A DNA stretch of 32,000 nucleotides from Candidatus Heimdallarchaeota archaeon B3_Heim (GTDB taxonomy: Archaea > Asgardarchaeota > Heimdallarchaeia > Hodarchaeales > Hodarchaeaceae). The first letter of the stretch is position 1, and each line of letters begins with the position of its first letter. A program made the position numbers and the translations under genes. The notes beneath the pieces were generated by a model. That model was not told the DNA's origin, did not search any database, and saw nothing but the letters and a program-made list of their open reading frames with translations. Location of the stretch: NCBI GenBank assembly GCA_003144275.1, contig NJBF01000022.1:1-32000 (forward strand). The letters are read 5' to 3'. This document shows, piece by piece, positions 27,712-32,000 of the stretch.

Positions 27712-28017
27712 TTATTTTTTTGAATTTCTCCATAAAATCCCAATAAGACCGAAACAGACTCCAATTACTCCTCCTGAAATGCATAGAATTAATAATATAC
27801 CAAAAAAGGGAAAACTAATATCAGGTCGAATTGATTGGAAATTATCAACGACATCAGGGATATAGATCTCGGTAAAAAGGAGAACTGATACAATAAATAA
27901 ACAAATAATACCCGAGGCCAAATAAAAAATGGGCCCACTAAGTGAATAATCTTTTCCACCAAAAAAGCTCTCGTATAGAGTCTTTTGATTATTTTGTGTG
28001 CGCTCTTCCATATCCAA
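27712..28017 (-). CDS. Small hypothetical membrane protein (2 TM)
   Basis: 101 aa with two hydrophobic stretches and a basic C-terminus; co-oriented with its neighbours. Confidence 0.6.
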   Translation of the reverse strand: MDMEERTQNNQKTLYESFFGGKDYSLSGPIFYLASGIICLFIVSVLLFTEIYIPDVVDNFQSIRPDISFPFFGILLILCISGGVIGVCFGLIGILWRNSKK

Positions 28018-28057
28018 ATCACATATGAATTGGTTTCTGATTACTTAAGATTTTCTA

Positions 28058-29341
28058 TTATTCATATACCTTCTCTTCAGTATATTCTGCCCCAGTGGCA
28101 TCATTTTCCACATCCCTTGCCTCAAAATTTGGATCAGATTTGGATATTTCCTTATAATACTCATGCTGGATAAGCAAACTCATAATTTCATTTGTACCGG
28201 TCCAAATACTCATTAATCGAATATCTCTAAGAAGACGTTCAATTGGATACACATTGGTATATCCTATGCCTCCAAGAATTTGCATTGCATGATTAATAAC
28301 ATTCCAAGCCGAATCAGTGGCGAATTTCTTAGTTTCAGATACTAGTCGACGAATGATTCCGCTTGTTAACCCTTTTTTTTGATCTATTGTTCGACTTGTT
28401 GTAAAGAGGAGACTACTCGCTGCATCAAGAAGAGTTACACTTTCTGCAATTTTGAATGAAACAGCTTGAAATTTTCGAATAGGTCGTCCAAATGCTTTAC
28501 GTCGAGAACTATATTTACCAGCAACTCGAAGACCAGCACGTGCAGCTCCAATAGCCCCAGCGGCGGAAGTCATTCGCTCTGGGATCATCATCTGATTGAA
28601 AATTTCACCTCCAGCGTTTAACTCACCTATAAGGTTTTCTTCAGGAATTTCAACATTTTCAAAAACAAGACGACCAGTACCTCCTCCCCTTGAACCCATC
28701 AAACCATAGACATGCTTTACTTCTACACCAGATACTCTTTCTATAAGAAATGTGCTAATGGAGGTTCTGGGGTCCGATGCCTTTTGGTCTGTTTTTGCGT
28801 AAACTAGAAAAATTTCAGCTCCTTCTGCACCAACTACAAACCGTTTTTGTCCATTGAGTATATAGGAATCCCCATGTTTTTCCGCGGTGCATGTTGCCCC
28901 AAAAAAATCTGATCCCCCTCTAGGCTCAGTCAATGCTTCTGCAGTGTAGAGTTTTCCTTCTAATATAGGGAGTAAATATTTCTTTTTCTGCTCTTGTGAC
29001 ACAAAATGATTAATTGCTTCCCCAACAATACTAGGAAGAGAATATAGACAGCCTAAGGCAGGACCCAGAGTACCAACTTCTTCAATAACCGCTGATTCGG
29101 CAACCCAGCTCAATCCTAAACCACCAAACTCCACAGGAAAGCGTACTCCAAGGAGATGTTGCTTAGCTAGATCTTTGATGAAATTCGTAGGATATTGAAT
29201 TTCCTCCTGATCCATCTTTCGTAACATTGAAGGAGGAATGGTTTTAATAACTTTTCGTACTTTATATTTAATTTCTTTCTCATTATCTGTGAGTAAAACA
29301 TCCAACATCAGAAATTTCTCCTCTTCTAACCAAATTTTCAA
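28058..29341 (-). CDS. Acyl-CoA dehydrogenase
   Basis: ALTEPRGGSD, LNGQKRFV, RRKAFGRPIRKFQAV, AMQILGGIGYT and LLRDIRLMSIWTGTNEI. Confidence 0.93.
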   Translation of the reverse strand: MKIWLEEEKFLMLDVLLTDNEKEIKYKVRKVIKTIPPSMLRKMDQEEIQYPTNFIKDLAKQHLLGVRFPVEFGGLGLSWVAESAVIEEVGTLGPALGCLYSLPSIVGEAINHFVSQEQKKKYLLPILEGKLYTAEALTEPRGGSDFFGATCTAEKHGDSYILNGQKRFVVGAEGAEIFLVYAKTDQKASDPRTSISTFLIERVSGVEVKHVYGLMGSRGGGTGRLVFENVEIPEENLIGELNAGGEIFNQMMIPERMTSAAGAIGAARAGLRVAGKYSSRRKAFGRPIRKFQAVSFKIAESVTLLDAASSLLFTTSRTIDQKKGLTSGIIRRLVSETKKFATDSAWNVINHAMQILGGIGYTNVYPIERLLRDIRLMSIWTGTNEIMSLLIQHEYYKEISKSDPNFEARDVENDATGAEYTEEKVYE

Positions 29342-29471
29342 ACGTTAAGTCCTTTAGTGCTGAATGGGTCTAAAAACTCTTTCCTCTTTCTATAAATTGT
29401 TATAAAAATATTGAAGATAATCTTCCCTAAAATTCCAACCCTAAGTAGAAATGCAGATGTGAGTAAAAATC

Positions 29472-30497
29472 TTGAGTTCCACAAAAATCACCAATGTTCT
29501 GTTTACATGGGAAGTTAATGACAGATTAAAATCGTATCTTAAGGAAAATCTTTCCGTTCTGCCTGAAGTCAATCTTTTATTTCCTTCTCCTATTTCTGAT
29601 GAAAAGCTTCTAACATTAGCACCAAAAGCAGACATAATTATTGGATGGAGAGTCAAGGATGAAATTAAATTAGCTGCAACAAAGATGAAACTTTTCATAA
29701 ACCCAGGAACAGGTATAAAGCATCACATTGATTTCTTTAGAAAGCTTAATCAAACGCGAAATGTGATTTTAATCAATGGTCATGGAAATTCATATTTCGC
29801 AGCCCAACATGCAGTTGCAATGCTATTAGCACTGCTCAATAAAGTAATTCCTCATCATTTTTGGATGAAAGAGGGAAAATGGAGAAGAGGGGATAAAGAG
29901 GCAATTTCAATTCCATTGAGAAATAAAAGTGTGGGTCTATTAGGATATGGCGCAATTAACAGCAAAGTTCATCGTTTTTTAGAAGGATTTGATATCCAAT
30001 TTTGTATTCTCAAAAGAACAGTAAATGACATCACATCATTTTCAGAAGAAGTTAAACTTTTTCCCAGAAATCAACTAGCTGAATTTTTAAAATCAATAGA
30101 TATCTTAATCATAGCTGTTCCTGAAACCACAGAAACTACAAATCTTATTGGTCAGGAGGAATTAGACCTATTAACTCCGGATGGGATTATTGTTAATGTT
30201 AGTAGAGGTTCTGTGGTGGATGAAAAAAGTCTCTTCAATGCTTTAAAACAGAATAAATTACTGGGAGCAGCAATAGATGTATGGTACGAGTATTCCCCAA
30301 AAGAAAACAAGAATGGAGCTAAATTTCCATTTCATTATTCATTTAATTCTCTACCTAATATTATTCTTTCTCCTCATCGGGCGGCCTCCCCTTTTTCCGA
30401 CTTGAAAAGGTGGAATGAGGTCATCGTGAATATTAAAAGATATCATCGCGGCACTAATGACTATTTGAATGTGGTAGAATTAGATAGAGAATATTGA
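29472..30497 (+). CDS. D-isomer-specific 2-hydroxyacid dehydrogenase
   Basis: VGLLGYGAIN, NVSRG, IDVWYEY and SPHRAA. Confidence 0.9.
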   Translation: MSSTKITNVLFTWEVNDRLKSYLKENLSVLPEVNLLFPSPISDEKLLTLAPKADIIIGWRVKDEIKLAATKMKLFINPGTGIKHHIDFFRKLNQTRNVILINGHGNSYFAAQHAVAMLLALLNKVIPHHFWMKEGKWRRGDKEAISIPLRNKSVGLLGYGAINSKVHRFLEGFDIQFCILKRTVNDITSFSEEVKLFPRNQLAEFLKSIDILIIAVPETTETTNLIGQEELDLLTPDGIIVNVSRGSVVDEKSLFNALKQNKLLGAAIDVWYEYSPKENKNGAKFPFHYSFNSLPNIILSPHRAASPFSDLKRWNEVIVNIKRYHRGTNDYLNVVELDREY

Positions 30498-30523
30498 TTT
30501 TGAAATAGAAAATTCACTTATAT

Positions 30524-31534
30524 TTAACCTTTCCACTTATATTGGAGTGTGCGGTTATTAATGAAGTTGAGAACATCGGTAACTATCATGTTGGTTTGAT
30601 GACGAATAACATCCTTTGTATTTCCCCCAAAATGAGGCATCACTGTTACGTTATCAAATTGCAAAAAGCGATTCTCTGAATCGACTGGTTCATCATCAAA
30701 AACATCTAATCCTGCTCCTGCGATTCGTTTATTCTTTAATGCATCGTATAAAGCATCTTCATCAATACAGAAGGACCGAGCTAAGTTAAAAAAGTATGCT
30801 GTGGGCTTCATAAGGTTGAACATCTTTTCATCAATCATTTCCTCCGTTTCTTCGACGGGAGGTGTATGAATTGTTATTAAATCTGATTCTTTCATAAGAA
30901 TTTCTAATGTGACTTGTCTAGCTTTTGTTTCCAATACAACAGTATGATCGTTTGGAATATAAGGATCAAAGTATAACAAATTGGAACCAAACCCATGATA
31001 TAATCGTTTTGCAACTCTTTGACCAATTTGACCAAAGCCGATTATCCCAATTGTAAGACCTCCAACTTCCAAACCTATAAACCTATTGAAAAAATTGGCA
31101 AATCCGTCATCATCTAAATCAGAAACATCAAAATTTCCACTACGGAGAAATCTGTCGATTTCAGTCATTTTACGTACTTGTGAAAGCATCATGGCAACAG
31201 TTAAGTCAGCAACAGCATCTGCGTTCCGAAAAGGAGTATAGATTACGGGAATATTCTTTTTCTGTGCTTTAGCTAAATCCACATTGACTGGATTTCCGCG
31301 TGTTACTCCGATCAATTTTAATCCAGACTTCTCAATTACAGCTGTATCTACTTCGTCTCCTTCAGTAATAAAAATATCAATATTATTCGAGACTAGCTTT
31401 TCAATTAGCTCTTCCTCGTCTAAATAAATCGTTCCTGTTTCCCGCCAATTCTCATAAAGTATTTTTAGATCTCTAGATTCCCTTAAAACTTGTAATCCAG
31501 ATTCATCGAATGGAGCTGTGATCAATATTTTCAT
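30524..31534 (-). CDS. D-isomer-specific 2-hydroxyacid dehydrogenase (phosphoglycerate dehydrogenase-like, no ACT domain)
   Basis: NADAVAD, GIIGFGQIG, NLARS, LDVFDDEP and MPHFGG. Confidence 0.9.
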   Translation of the reverse strand: MKILITAPFDESGLQVLRESRDLKILYENWRETGTIYLDEEELIEKLVSNNIDIFITEGDEVDTAVIEKSGLKLIGVTRGNPVNVDLAKAQKKNIPVIYTPFRNADAVADLTVAMMLSQVRKMTEIDRFLRSGNFDVSDLDDDGFANFFNRFIGLEVGGLTIGIIGFGQIGQRVAKRLYHGFGSNLLYFDPYIPNDHTVVLETKARQVTLEILMKESDLITIHTPPVEETEEMIDEKMFNLMKPTAYFFNLARSFCIDEDALYDALKNKRIAGAGLDVFDDEPVDSENRFLQFDNVTVMPHFGGNTKDVIRHQTNMIVTDVLNFINNRTLQYKWKG

Positions 31535-31569
31535 AAAGTTTCACCAGTATGATCATTTACCGAGAGTCA

Positions 31570-32000
31570 CTACTCATCCTCACGAGATCTCTGATAAAGT
31601 TCTTTCCATTCTGGGTACAGTGATTCATATTCATCAGATTGATCCTCTTGAGGATAATATATGGAGTAATCAGATATAACTTTTACTGCTTGGTTTAAAT
31701 TGTTGTATTTACCTGTTCCAATCATGCTAGCCAATGTTCCAGCAACAGAGGCTCCTTCTGGTAAATAGGTTTTAATTTCTGTGTTCATAATGTTGGCCAA
31801 AATTTGGATGAAAGCTTTCGATCTTGAAACACCACCAACAAGAAAGACAGAGTCAAACGAATAGCCAACTAATTCTTGAATTTGTTCACTATTTGCACGT
31901 GCAGCGTAACCAAGATTTTCAATTAAGGATCTAGAAAAAGAAGCGATATCTACAGGAGCATCGAATGAATAAGCTATTGGGGTAAAAGAAAATCCGCCTC
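31570..32000 (-). CDS. FGGY-family carbohydrate kinase, C-terminal part (5' end outside the window)
   Basis: The frame is open to the window edge: ...FSRSLIENLGYAARANSEQIQELVGYSFDSVFLVGGVSRSKAFIQILANIMNTEI...GASVAGT... The track shows only the last 76 aa. Confidence 0.82.
   Translation of the reverse strand, partial: GGFSFTPIAYSFDAPVDIASFSRSLIENLGYAARANSEQIQELVGYSFDSVFLVGGVSRSKAFIQILANIMNTEIKTYLPEGASVAGTLASMIGTGKYNNLNQAVKVISDYSIYYPQEDQSDEYESLYPEWKELYQRSREDE

Noticed and set aside
2425-29698. Numerous 60-200 aa track ORFs antisense to or nested in larger genes (e.g. 2425-2637, 13409-13759, 17821-18417, 24670-25008, 27789-28022, 29441-29698)
   Set aside because: These are shadow frames of well-supported genes and carry no motifs of their own.
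1-32000. CRISPR array, tRNA/rRNA, IS element, integrase or restriction endonuclease
   Set aside because: No regularly spaced repeats, cloverleaf or T-loop signatures, DDE or tyrosine-recombinase motifs, or PD-(D/E)xK, HNH or PLD nuclease motifs were recognised by eye.

Overview
AT-rich, gene-dense archaeal-looking window. The lineage is inferred to be an Asgard archaeon, from a geranylgeranyl reductase, a protein resembling tandem longin domains, frequent TTG/GTG starts and a mix of bacterial-type accessory genes. No rRNA, tRNA, CRISPR array, transposase or integrase was seen. The most unusual locus is a co-oriented cassette at 1180-6060: two paralogous DUF1156/COG1743-type Zn-ribbon amino-methyltransferases flanking a thymidine kinase, with no nuclease in the window. 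It converges on a queuosine/preQ0-precursor transporter and a ribbon-helix-helix gene. Next comes a long intergenic region with three copies of an 11-bp palindrome (TTGTC-N-GACAA) and a GC-enriched multi-hairpin segment, then an endonuclease III-related gene lacking the usual catalytic Asp. The rest encodes GNATs, YbaK, the longin-like protein, the reductase, an orphan PAS histidine kinase, an unlinked uvrA, a cytoplasmic Ntn-hydrolase, a heterodimeric ABC exporter, an FdrA/57-aa/DUF1116 cluster (the 57-aa gene is missing from the ORF track), an acyl-CoA dehydrogenase, two 2-hydroxyacid dehydrogenases and a truncated FGGY kinase. All family calls come from motif recognition by eye, not database searches.
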